The notes beneath the pieces are model-generated. The model saw nothing but the letters and a program-made list of their open reading frames with translations. It searched no databases and was not told where the DNA came from. Position numbers and translations under genes: made by a program. Shown piece by piece: positions 12,733-32,730 of a stretch of DNA of 64,000 nucleotides. The stretch covers positions 868,001 to 932,000 of the forward strand of contig NW_024704753.1 in the NCBI RefSeq assembly GCF_018977255.1, written 5' to 3'. Source of the DNA: Callorhinchus milii (taxonomy: Eukaryota). Each line of letters begins with the position of its first letter. Within the stretch, counting starts at the first letter, position 1.

Positions 12733-13185
12733 GACGGACACGCACACGGACACGTGGACACGCACGCGGACACGCACACTGACACGTGGACACGCACGCG
12801 GACACGCATGCGGACACGCACGCGGTCACGTGGACACGCACGCGGACACGCACGCGGACACATGGACACGCACGCGGACACATGGACACGCACGCGGACA
12901 CGCTCGCGGTCACGTGGACACGCACGCGGACACACATGCGGACACGCACGCGGACACATGGACACGCACGCGGACACGCACGCGGACACATGGACACGCA
13001 CGCGGACACGCACGCGGACACATGGACACGCACGCGGACACATGGACACGCACGCGGACACGCTCGCGGTCACGTGGACACGCACGCGGACACACATGCG
13101 GACACGCACGCGGTCACATGGACACGCACGCGGACACGCACGCGGACACGCGGACACACACGCGGACGGACACGCGGACACGCCT
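12733..13185. repeat. CpG-rich minisatellite built from GGACACGCACGC / GGACACAT / GGTCACGT units
   Basis: Visible tandem 8- and 12-bp units between the MKRN2OS and MKRN2 5' ends. Confidence 0.95.
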
Positions 13186-13189
13186 GCGG

Positions 13190-13680
13190 TCACCAGCCCC
13201 GCAACGACATCACGTCCGGGCGATCGCAACCCGCTGCTGAATCCGGTGGCGCTTTTTTGACGCCGCGGAGGGTTCACTGCGGGTGAGCGGTGAAGGTGAG
13301 CGGCGGTGACGTCGGTGACGGTGCGCTCAGGGGGTGACGGCACAGGCGGCCGCGCGGGGGCGCCGTTTTGAGGCCGGAACCTCGCGTCCGCGGCACCGCC
13401 TGAGGGGGGAGGGCCAGAGCCGCCGCACCGGAAGTCACTGTGGGGGAAGCGGAATGCCAACGGACCGGCGATGAGCACCAAGCGGGTGACGTGCAGGTAC
13501 CGACCCCGAGCCCGAGCCCGACGGCCACCAGAGACCGAGGCTTCGGCCTAGCGCGGCCCCGCGACCACCGCCACCCCCCCACCCCCCCACCGCGGCCCGG
13601 AGCCGGGACCCGACCACCAGGGGCCGCCGCCAGGCCCCGGACCCCGGACCCCGGGCAGCGATCTCCCGCCATCAGCGCTC
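13190..13680. promoter_or_regulatory. CpG island / MKRN2-MKRN2OS bidirectional promoter
   Basis: Very high CpG content; TGACGTC CRE-like sites, ACCGGAAGT ETS/GABP site at ~13427 and GC boxes. It contains the MKRN2 ATG. Confidence 0.75.
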
Positions 13681-16600
13681 CCCCTCCCCCCCCCCCTCCC
13701 CCCCCAGTAACTGCTGCCCCCCCTCCCCCCCGTAACTGCTGCCCCCCCCTCCCCCCCCAGTGACTGCTGCCCCCCCCCCCCCCCCAGTGACTGCTGCCCC
13801 CCCCTCCCCCCCCAGTAACTGCTGCCCCCCTCCCCCCAGTAACTGCTGCCCCCCCCCTCCCCCCCCTCCCCCCCCAGTAACTGCTGCCCCCCCCTCCCCC
13901 CCCAGTAAGTGCTACCCCCCCTCTCCCCCCCAGTAAGTGCTGCCCCCCCCTCCCCCAGTAAGTGCTACCCCCCCTCTCCCCCCCCTGTTAATTGCTGCCC
14001 CCCCCTCCCCCAGTAAGTGCTGCCCCCCCCTCTCCCCCCCAGTAAGTGCTGCCCCCCCTCCCCAGTAAGTGCTGCCCCCCCCTCCCCCCCCCCCACTCCC
14101 GGCCTCTGGACACTGCACTTTGCTCTGTGGTCACGTCATCATCATATAATTATAATAATAATAATAATCGCGGAGTGTGACCCGGCGCCTCATCACGTCT
14201 CCGAGACGTCTCAAAGCGCTGCGCAGGATGTACCGCAAAGTGTAGTGACTGTGTGTTAGGTGGGGCGAGACGCAGCGCAGCGCCCGGCGACGTCCCCACA
14301 AACATTCGCGGAGGGATAGTGAGACCGTGTTGGTGTCTGGCTTCGCTGTTGCGTGTCGGCTGGGGGTGGGGTGGGGGGGTGGGGTGGGGTGGGGGTGGGG
14401 GGGTGGCGGCTGCGCAGTCTGTGCTGTGAGCGGTAATCAGTTGCCTGGTGACTCCTTGTGTTTAGGTACTTCATGCACGGGGTCTGTCGAGAGGGGAGTC
14501 GCTGTTTGTTTTCCCATGATTTGTCCACAAGCAAACCGTCCACCATCTGCAAGTTCTACCAGAAAGGGCTGTGTGCCTATGGGGTGCACTGCAGGTAGGC
14601 CACGCAGCACAGCATCCTACACTGACCGTAGCCGACCTGATATCTGCACTGTTGGCGACCGGCCCCATTGTGGGTACGAAAACGGTGTGGATATCAGCTC
14701 AGTGTGGCTGTGTGTCTATTTATTTACTCCCGACATATGTGCGTGTGCAACAGATGTGACTGTGCCAGTGTGTGTGTATTACTATACCAACACTGTGTGT
14801 TTGACTACCTGTGTGTGTGTTAGTGTGTGTATTACTGTACCAGCGCTGTGTGTTTGACTACCTGTGTGTGTGTGGACATGGATGATCTCTGAATATATCA
14901 GTGTGTTGTTTTTTCTCTTCGCCCACTGATAAGATACGATCACGTGAAGCTGCCTGGATTTCGAGCTGTCGCGCCCGCAATCCCGAGGGTTGTGCCCGTC
15001 TCTGTCACTCACAATGCCGTGCCCGTCCCTGTCTGCGTGGAGCCGGTTGTGCCGGTCAAAGCCACGGAACCGACGCGGTACAAAAAGAAACCGCTGGAGT
15101 TAAAAGACCGAGGTTAGTGTCCGCGCAGCACACGGTGTACTGGCCTTGTGAGGAGAAAGTTCTGCTCTCATTGCCAGGGAATCTGGACCTCTCTCAGTGA
15201 GACACACACACCAACCGCAATGATCATCGCTGGTTGAGGTGAGTTATTAGAAGACGAGAGGCTTTGTCAGGAACAGTTATTGAGGCTGTGATTGAAGTAA
15301 CGACATATCGCACACAAGGGAATTGTTTAAACACTTGAAGAGGAAAAGAGAGGAATGGAGAGGTTGACATTTTCACTCGCACATCTGGAGTTCGTACAAA
15401 CTGGGATGGATGTGGGTTGCAGAACCTCCCTGCGGCCACTAGAGAGAGCTAGAGGTTTACTGCAGCCCCTGCCTGGGCGCTCATGAGGATAATAATAATA
15501 ATAATAATAATAATCCTTGCATTTGATATAGCGCTGTTCACGTCAGGAGGACGTCCCAAAGCGCTTCACAGAACACACTGTAAAGTGAATTGACTGTATA
15601 TTTGTGGGCGAACGCGGCAGCCAATTGCGCACAGCAATGTCCCACAAAGTGTCGTAGATTGAAAATGACCAATTTATTATTGTTTTGGGTTTTTTTTGGA
15701 GGGATTATTATTAGGCTCTGTGTGGAGTAAGGAAACTTGCCCGAGGTTTCGCCCTCTGCCTGGAATTGAACTCAGGTCTCTCACTTGCAAAGCGAGTGCT
15801 CTAACCACTGAGCTACAGGATGGGATTGTAATAGAGACGGGGTGGTGGTGGGGGGGGGGGGTGTTGGGGGTTAACCCTGGCCATCCTCTGCTATAACTGG
15901 GAGTCCCGGAGCTCGCTGGATTTGGGGTTTGGTCCCCCGCGTACAACCAAACCAATAATCATACTAATTATAGTTAATTATAACTATACATGAATTAAGA
16001 TTAATTATAGTCATGTATTATATTAATAATTATTAATTAAAACATGATTATGATTAATCATCCAGGGCACTGGGAGAGACTCCCATCTCTGTAACAGAAT
16101 CTTTCACGTGAACCCAACTTTTGTTTTTCATGTACTCAATTAAAGAGGGGGGTCATAGTGGGGAAGGGACTAGTGATGAGAAGGGGGTAAACATTCTCTC
16201 AAACTGGATCCTGTGACGTTTGGCAATAACTAAAACCTTTTCCTCTTTTCCTAGACCTTTGCAACCGGTCGGCAGAGAAATCGAAGCTGTTTCCTTTGCC
16301 CCCGGGGTCTCAGGCTGGGGTGAAGCCGTTGTCAGGGCCGGTGCTGCCGGACGTAGCCGGCTTTGTGTTCGAGAAGCCGCCCCCACCCTCGTACCTGGCT
16401 GCTGTACGGAGCGGGCTGGACCACGTGCCGGGGCCGGTGATGGTGGGAGGGGGCGTCCCACAGCAGCTGTGCCCATTCGCGGCCGCCGGGCAGTGTAATT
16501 ACGGGGAGACCTGCCTGTACCTGCACGGGGAGCGGTGCGACGTGTGTGGCCTCCAGGTGTTACATCCCACTGACCTGGAGCAGCGCAGAGAGCACGAGCA

Positions 16601-19600
16601 GGTAATGGCAGCCAGCCCAGGGGTGTCTTCTCCCCACCACATCTCTTGTGCAGTCACGCACAAGTACCATTGAGCGCAAACCGGTACAGTCACGTACACA
16701 ACTGCAGTCACGTCTGTCGCACAGATGCGTGCTCTGGTTTGTAGACCCTTGGCGAGGAGATCTTCCCCCCGACGAGCGATTGTCTCTCCCGCTCCCGACA
16801 CTGGGAGACGCTCCCCCTCTCGCGCCTCTTTGCTTGAGTGACCGACTGTAGCTCAACCTCGTGTGAGCATCGGTGGGGGATTTGATGATGGAGGAATCAC
16901 AGTGGAGGGAATGAGAAGTATATGTATCTGGGGAGGGATTTGTCAACCTGGACACCAGAGAGAGAGAAACTCCTCTCTGTTTCAGTGGTATTTTCACAGG
17001 ACAGTCACAGATACGACCAGATCTGATGTCTCTGGCAATTAAGTGCTCTTACTCTGCTCTCCACCCTCCACCCCACCCACCCCTCCCATCAGCACTGCAC
17101 TGGTGTATTAGCATGAGTTTCAACTTGGGGTTCAAACCCACAACTTTGTGAACCCCAGGGACTTGTGCCCATAATGCATCGAGCCTGTCTCTGGTATGAT
17201 GTGATGTGGCTAATCTGTTGCATTCTGTGCCAAACAGTTGTGTCTCCGTGCCTTTGAACAAGATATGGAGAAGGCGTTTGCTGTGCAAAAGAGTGAAGAT
17301 AAAGTTTGCAACATCTGTATGGAGGTAGTTTATGAGAAGCCCATCCTGTCAGAGAGGAGGTTTGGGATCCTGTCTGACTGTATCCACCCGTACTGCCTGT
17401 CCTGTATCAGACAGTGGAGGTGCGCCAAGCAGTTTGAGAATAAAATCATCAAGTGAGTCACATCTCTCTGTGGTTTGGCCACGCTGTAATAATAACAATG
17501 ATCTCTTGTGTGTTTGATCCACACCGATAATGCCAAAGCATCTCCGAGAGCCTCGGGAGCAATGGATTAGCCGTCAAGTGTAGTGACTGTTTTTGAAGCC
17601 GTAACCAGCACAAACATGATGGAGGAATGACCTCTTCCTGTGCTCTGCGATTATAACGTGTTTTGAACAATTGTGATCTCTCAGTCTAAACCCTTGTCGT
17701 CCTAGTGTTTGTTTAGAGCAATTGCCGAGAGCACAAGCAAGCGAGAGGACTCGGGTTCGATTCCCGGGCAGGGAAAAACCTTAGGCAAGTTTCCTTACTC
17801 CACACACGTTCCTCCGTTTACCCAGTAGTAAGTAGGAACCTAGTTGATAGTCGATTGGCGATCGGTTTCTGGGGTAATAATCCCTTTAAAAAATACAATC
17901 ATTTTATCACTCAATCCACAGCTGTTTATGGGGCGCTGCTGTGTGTAATTGGCTGCCACGTTTCTCCCACAAAATTCACAGTCACTACACTTTACAGTAT
18001 ATTCTGTGAAACGTTTTGAGACGTCTCAATGATGCAGACGTCTCAAAGGTGCTACATCAAATGCAAGGATTATTATTATTAATAATAACCTCTGTGTGTG
18101 TCAGGTCCTGCCCTGAGTGCCGGGTGGTGTCTGAGTTTGTGATCCCCAGTGCGTACTGGGTGGAGGAGCAAGAGGAGAAGGAGAGACTTATCGAAGCCTT
18201 CAAGCAGGGAATGAGGTGAGTACAGTGGGTTTGGTGGCATTGGGAAAGCCACTAACACATACTGCCAGCCTGGCAATTGTACACACAGTTACAGCACCGG
18301 TCAACCAACATCAACAACAGATCACATTTGTATAGCGCCTTTCACGTCATGAGGATGTCCCAAGGCGCTGGACAGTGAGGGGTTTGCACCAGAGTTGGGG
18401 GTTGGGATCAGACAGGTGTGGAGGTCGTTGGAGTTGGAGGGAACATGACCGAAGGTGCGGTCGAAGAAGAGGGTCTTGAAAACGTTAAGAGCCTCCCCAA
18501 GTCAGGGTTGCAAATGGCTTGAGCTTTTCCTGGTTATAGTGTGTGTGCGAACCAACAACAACGACGACTTGTATTCATGTCTCACCTTTCAGTGGTTCTG
18601 CTGTTATCTATGTTATATACAACAGTAAATAGACCTCAGTTTATTAACAGCTGAATCTAAATTCTTCTCTCATTACGTTGCAAGTTTGGACAAAGCGTTC
18701 ATTGGGGCTCAGAGAGCAGGTCCCATGTCCTGCTGTTTGCTGCAGCTATAAATACTGGCTCCGGTTCATTTATAGCCCTGCTCTGGGATGGTGGTCAGCA
18801 GACCACAGCCAGCAATCATCCACTTAGCTCAGTCTCTCTGCTGGGCCAGGAATAGAGCCCAGGCAGGGGGTGCGTTCCCGACCACCACCGGAGCAACAGA
18901 CAGTTTGATCCCCTCTGTGAGAGCCATGTTCCCTCCATGCACCCAGAGTGATCAGCCTGTTAAACATCAGGGTGCGGAGGGGTGGGGGTCACTTGCAGAA
19001 TTATTTCTGGGTGTTTCACTGGCTTCCATCCCCCAGAGGATAAGAGTTCAAAATCCTCGTCCTCGCTTTCAAAGCCCTCCGCGGCCTGGCTCCTCCTTAC
19101 CTCTGTGACCTGCTCACCCCATAGCAGCTATTCTCCTTTTTTTCTAACGATTTTCCCTCTTGTTCCCTGTACAGCAAAAAATCCTGTAAGTATTTCAACC
19201 AGGGCAAGGGGAGCTGCCCATTCGGTGGCAAGTGCCTGTACCTCCACGCTTACCCAGACGGCACCTTGGCACAGCCGGAACTGCCACGAAAACAGCTCAG
19301 CTCTGAGGGCAACGTCAGGGTAAATCATCTTCAGCCTCGTTACTGCGCGGTTACTCACCTCCAAGTTAGAAGGTTGTGGGTTCAAGTCCCCACTTTGGGA
19401 CTTGGAATCATAGTCCAAGCTGATGCCCCAATACAGCGCTGGGGGGAGGAGGTGTTGCACTATTAGAGGTGCCGTCCTTCAGATGAGACGTTAAACCGAA
19501 GTCCCCGTCTGCTGTTAAAGATCCTGCGGCGCTATTCGAAAAGAGAAGAGAGTTTCTCTCTCCCGCTGTTCTGGCCAACAACCCCCCGAATAAAATTGGT

Positions 19601-19987
19601 CACTCACTGAAACGACTGCCTCGTTTCAACCACAAAATACAATCACTATACGTTCCAGTATATCCTGCGAAGCACTTTGATATGTCTCAACATGATAAGG
19701 CGCTATGTCAAATGCAAGGATTATTCTTCTTATTATAAGTGAACTAGCTGGTGGTTTAATGTGCAGAGGAGGCTGGTGCAGTAACTCTCCTCTTCCTCCT
19801 GCAGTTCCTTCACTCGGTGCGACTCTGGGATTTTATTGAGGAACGGGAGCAGAGGGACGTGTTGCCACCTCGCGAGGAGGAGGAGGAGGAAGAGGAGGAC
19901 ATGGCGGAGCTGAGCCACATCTTCTCCCATCTCTCAGGAACGTCAGAGCGTGGGGAGAGCCAGGCTGAGCAGGCCGTCTTATTGTAG
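13471..19987 (+). CDS. MKRN2: Makorin-2, C3H zinc finger/RING E3 ubiquitin ligase (8 coding exons)
   Basis: Exons 13471-13496, 14466-14594, 14934-15112, 16255-16601, 17238-17452, 18105-18215, 19175-19319 and 19805-19987. Motifs: [19 protein letters not shown] (C3H), [52 protein letters not shown], and a final C3[22 protein letters not shown]. Lies tail-to-tail with RAF1. Confidence 0.97.
13672..14098. repeat. C-rich minisatellite (C-run CAGTAA[C/G]TGCTG C-run)n in MKRN2 intron 1
   Basis: About 14 units, visible directly. Confidence 0.95.
15491..15820 (-). mobile_element. tRNA-derived SINE, young subfamily
   Basis: A/B boxes, a TGC anticodon-like loop and an (ATT)n tail; nearly identical to 39415-39755. 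Confidence 0.85.
17695..18087 (+). mobile_element. tRNA-derived SINE, full length
   Basis: GGGTTCGATTCCC B box, body GGCAAGTTTCCTTACTCCACAC...GTTTACCCAGTAGTAAGTAGGAACC, common 3' tail. Confidence 0.8.
19335..19735 (+). mobile_element. Deu-domain SINE
   Basis: GGGTTCAAGTCCC B box, GGTGCCGTCCTTCAGATGAGACGTTAAACCGAAGTCCCCGTCTGC Deu-like core, common tail. Confidence 0.75.
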
Positions 19988-20729
19988 ATTCTATAAACCC
20001 TAAAATGGCAGCTGTTCCTTGTAACTGGTACCTACGTTCAGCCGTGCGAGCTCCACGCTCTTTAGTTCTGGACTCATTGGAATGGGAGTCACAGCCTCCA
20101 CTCCCACCACACACCACATTTCGGTTTTATTCACGGACAGTTCATAAACCCACGGCAGATTGCTTTTTCACTGATCGATTGGCTTGGAAGTAATTCAGCC
20201 CTTTCTCCCCCACCCCAATCCCTCCAGTTTTATCTGAATAACTCCCTCCTCTCCCCCCCACCCCCACCTCTGTCCCTGGGAGCTCAGGGTGGGGGAGCCT
20301 GGTGCTGGGATTCTGTTCTTGGTTGTCATTGAGTTGGGGACGTTCTCTCGCCTTCTTCCCCCCCCTCCTCCCCACCCCCTACATACGCACACTCTAGTGC
20401 TTGGGTGTTGGGCAGGGATGGCATTACCCCCTCTGCAAACTGGAACCCCTTACTAACACACACCCTCCAGGTTCACACATGAAGAACATCAGTCTGGGTC
20501 AGATACACACAGACACCACTGAAGAAGACTCCTCCCTGACCCACCATCTTCCACCTGTTTTTCTCTGTGTTTCTCGGCTAAAACTTTTACCTGGTCTTAG
20601 TGCGAGAGACCACTTGGTGGGACGAGACGTCAAGTGGACATCAAAACTCCCACTGCGCTATTTGAAAAGGGAGTTTCTCACTCTCATGTCCTGGCCAACA
20701 ATCCTTCAGATAAAATCATTCATTTCCAT

Positions 20730-21155
20730 AAACACAAAGTCGTTGGAACATGAGGCAGGTCAGGCAGCATCCATGGATAGAGGAAAATTAGTTAATGTTT
20801 CAGGTCTATGACCTTTCGTCAGAACTAAAAAACAATGTGTTACGGTTATAAAGAGGAATCTTAGACACATCTGTTCGTTCTATAATCCCCCGATTGCCTT
20901 TTGAATTGCACCATCACCACCTCAATTTCATCATCTTGTCCTCCAGCATCGAAAAAAATTTCCTTTTGCTTTCCCGACCCCTTCTCTGCTTCTCCGTTAT
21001 CTGCTCCTTTAAACATCCCCAAGTCCTGACAAAAGATCAGACCTGAAATGTTAACTCAGTTACCTTTCTCCATGGACGCCGCCTGACCTGCTGCACGTTC
21101 CCAGCAACTTCTGTGTTTACACCAGATTGCCAGTACATCTGCAGTACTTTGCCAT
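20730..21155. mobile_element. Penelope-like element remnant with inverted termini, inserted into a Deu-SINE
   Basis: Arms 20730-20826 and ~21023-21118 are approximate reverse complements, each with a CTGAcrA-stem-GAAA motif. Flanked by the 14-bp direct repeat TCATTCATTTCCAT (20716-20729 and 21156-21169). Confidence 0.7.
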
Positions 21156-22230
21156 TCATTCATTTCCATGGCTGTTTGTGGGATATTGCTGTGTGCAAAA
21201 TACACAGTAAAATCCCGTGAAGTGCTTTGAGATGGTTTGATGACATTGAAGTGAAATGCAAGGATTATTATAATGCGGAAGGTTTTTTTTTTCTGCGGGA
21301 AAAACTTGCCTGGATTTAGGAACTTTCCAAAATTTTGATGTTAAATTTTAAGAACAAAATGGTGGTGAGAGGCTGAGATGGAGTGGAATTTCACACTGCT
21401 CGATGATGTCAGGATTAACTATGTGTGGATGGCAGGCAGGGCTCGCCACAAGCTGTCACACAGGCAGCTCACAGCTATAACACAGCGACTCTCTCCCTCT
21501 CTTTACATCTGAACTGTTTTGTAGAATGCGTATTAAAGGAAATGAAGCAATATTATTGAATATACTGACATTTGGGAAATTGTTAAAAGTTATATATAGG
21601 TATTGCAGTGCTGACAGTCAGGACTCAGGGGCGGAGGGGAGGTGGAGAGAGGTGAGGTGGGGGTATCACGATGCCCTCTCTGGCTGTGTTCTGAGTGTGA
21701 ATGAGTGTAGCTGCCACTGATTGGGGAGTTTCTGACTTTACACAAATGACTGTCTTCTCCATTGTGTAGTAATGCTTTAAATAAATGTCTCCTATGGTAG
21801 AGAACACAGCTGTCCCCTCGCTCTGTTTCACAGTTGTACCTGCTGCCTGGACTGACGATTTAATTTCAGCTTTTTATCTTCAACTCCCCGTCCTCCCCCC
21901 ACCTCCCTACTATCCTTTCACAAACCATTAGATGTCTTAACACGGCCAATGAGGCTTCCTGGGGTAATGGGGGGGGGGGGGGGTAGAGTGGGGCTGACAG
22001 TTACAACAACAAGTTGCACCTTTCACATTGGGAGGACGTCCCAAAGCGCTGCACAGTGAAGGGTTTGCATCTCCATATCTCAATTCTTTAAGACTTTGGC
22101 ACCAACAAGTCCACAACAGTAATAATAATCCATGCACAGCCTTGAATCGCTTCACAGGTACATAGCTTAGCGCTGAGTTTGGAGACAATCAGAGACATAT
22201 TCCTGTAAAAGAATTAAATGTTTAACTTAT

Positions 22231-22236
22231 TTTATT
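22231..22236 (-). terminator. Probable RAF1 polyadenylation signal (AATAAA on the minus strand)
   Basis: TTTATT on the plus strand ~740 nt beyond the RAF1 stop, at the end of a U/GU-rich UTR-like stretch. Confidence 0.55.
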
Positions 22237-22976
22237 AAAACAAGCAGGAAGGACAATTTTACAGGAACCCAGGCGACCGCTGTACTTTCCTCACACAAAC
22301 CCCCCCCACCCCAACACCCTCCCCCCCCCCCACCCCCGAAACACACACACACTCACACACATACAGTCACACTCACGCAAACAAAATTAAAACTCCATTA
22401 TTTATAATCACTTCAACACTTGTATCAGACACTCACAGCTTTTACCACATTAGTGCATCTCGGAACTACTGTCAGTTTAAAATCTGTCGCAAGTTTGCTC
22501 GCTCTCTTGGCCTTTGTTTGAAAGAGAACCAGCCCACCAACACAGCACCTCATCTGTATAGCCAGTCTGTGGGCGAATTTGAGCGAGAGCGAGCGAGATG
22601 AAAAAACACCATCTCCGACCCAGCCGTTCTGAATTAAGTGCAAGTGACGTCTCGGAGCCGGTGACGAAGGCTGATGGCAGACGTTGAGCTGAGCTGAATG
22701 AAGCCGGTGGCTCGGCTGCTCCACTCTCTGGGCGACGGCCTGTGATGTTTTCGCTGTAAATCTGCTCGACGGGAGTTAAATGACCTATCGTTTGATCCGA
22801 ACAGGTTTGCAAACCAAACCTGACCAGTAGCAGCTTTTTATCAGGATCAATTTTTTTTTGCTAGGAGGTGGAGGAGTAAAGGCCCCTCTCCACCCCAGAC
22901 CCCCAGGTATTGTCCGCAGGGGGAAGCCACAATTCGCTCCCCCCCACCCCCCGCCTGCTCCCCCCTCTGAGCTCGG

Positions 22977-30589
<7,613 letters not shown>

Positions 30590-32277
30590 ACTGCTCAGGT
30601 AAGCTCGGAACCTGCCAATGTGCAGAGGACAGATTAGACTGAGCTCAGGTCCCAGCGGCTAGTCTGGTCCACTGCACGCTCGCGAGCTGAGGACAGGAGC
30701 TTTCACACAGGGTTATGGCAGAGGCCGGTAATTATTCAAAAAGTAATCAGATAGATAATAATAATAGTAATCCTTGTATTTGATACAGCACCTTATCACG
30801 TCGTTGATAAGGTGCTGTATTTGACCGTGCCTTCAGCTCCCCTCTCGACTCTCTACCCCCTCCTCGCTCCCTCCCTTCCCTCCCCTCACCCTGACCATTT
30901 CCCCCAATGCTCGGGTCCTGACCCAACTGTACAGCGCCTTGGGACGTCCTCCCGACGGGAAAGGCGCTCAATAAATGGAATCTTGTTGTTGTTGTTGAGA
31001 CGTCTCAAAGCGCTTCACAGATATACTGTAAAGTGAATTGATTGTGTATTTTGTGGGCGAAACGTGGCAGCCAATTGCGTACAGCAGCGTCTCCACAAAC
31101 AGTCATCAATTGAGTGACCAAATGGAATGGATTATTCAAGAGGGAATTGGAGAAAGCTGTTTGACAAAGAAATCAATCGCGCAGCATGAACCTCTCTCTC
31201 CCAATAGGTTTGTGGTCTCTCATAGACATACAATCAATGTCACAGTCTCCATGTTTACAATACCATTTACATTGATACAGCAGCTTTCACATCAGGAGGA
31301 TGTCTTAACGCCCTTTACACAGCTGGCTCACTATCCAAACCCAATGCAGGAAGGGAAAAGGAGGTGGGGCGTGGTGGGGGCGGGGGTGGTGGGAGAGATG
31401 ACCAAAAGTCTCAAGAAATGTTTAGCAATTGTTGCTTTGAAGGAAAATAACATTGTGGGCGAGTGAATGCAGTGGTGACAAATGTATCTGTCGTTGTGGT
31501 CATAATTTTGATTGGTGACAAAAAACATCTGGATAAAATCGCTGGTCGTACGGAGTCAGACTTCAGTGTGTTTTTTCCGTTTTTTGGGGGGGGGGGGGGG
31601 AGAAAAAAAAACTAAAAGGTTAAAGCCGTAATTTGTGAAGTTTACAGGACGACTTAAATGTCAGCCTGGTTTACTGTGGTTAGCAAAAGCCCAACAGATT
31701 CAAGGTTTAAACAGTTTACAGTTGACTGCATTCCTTACACACTGAATGTTACTGAGCGTACAATGGTGAGATTGACCAACTGTGCCCAAATATCCCTCAC
31801 CAACCCCTCACCCACCCCTCCATCCGTCACTCCCTCCCTCCCCAACCCCTTCCACTCTGCGCAGACCCAAACCATTCATCAGACCCCTCACTTCCAGCAT
31901 TGCAGCTAATGATGTTTTCTTCTAAAGTTAGTTTGAACACCGGTGGTTTATTTATACTCCAGGAAACCCACAGTATCTAAGCTCTCAACCTACCCGCCCC
32001 TCCCCCCGACCAGACCCTGAGCTGCTCTGTATATGTGTGTGTGTGTTTGTGTGTATGTGTGTATGGGGTGTGTTTGTGTAGGGTGTGTGTGTGTGTATAT
32101 CTGTGTGTGTGTGAGGGTGGTGTATGTATATACGGGGGGGGAGTAGCGAAGCTTTAAATGCAGACAAACGTACACTTGTGTTTCACTCTCTTCGCTTTGG
32201 GAATTTCCAGCGCTTGGATGAAAACAAACACTTGGGGCAAATGGAAACTTTGTCCAGGGTGGCGGGGGGGGGGGGGG

Positions 32278-32308
<31 letters not shown>

Positions 32309-32559
32309 CCGCCATGACTGGCCCACTGACAATCTCAACAACAGCAACTCACATTTACACAGCACCTTTCAACTCAAAAAGACGGCCCGACTCTAAGCAC
32401 ATCACACAGAACAGTATTAACCGGCATCTAACCTGTGCCAGTGACACGTCCCTCGAGTCAAGGAGAAGTACAGCCAATTCATCTGAATTTGAGATGAATT
32501 TGGAATGAGGAAAGAATATAAGGCAGGAAAAACCTGGGAGGAAAATTCTGTGATGGGGC

Positions 32560-32730
32560 GAGAGCAGGGAATGGGGTTAGAGTAGAGAGCTCCAGTGGGG
32601 GAGCGAGCCCCAGCACAGACACGATGGGGAGAGAGAGAGAGAGCAGGGAATGGGGTTAGAGTAGAGAGCTCCAGTGGGGGAGCGAGCCCCAGCACAGACA
32701 CGATGGCCTCCTTCTGTGCTGTAATTTCTA
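32560..32730 (+). repeat. Tandem ~80-bp duplication of a CR1-tail-like unit
   Basis: GAGCAGGGAATGGGGTTAGAGTAGAGAGCTCCAGTGGGGGAGCGAGCCCCAGCACAGACACGATGG twice; related copies at ~6030-6140 and ~23305-23380. Confidence 0.8.

Noticed and set aside
12484-13481. 230-260 aa ORFs with TRTR/HADT/GHAR repeats
   Set aside because: Translation of the promoter minisatellite, open in several frames on both strands.
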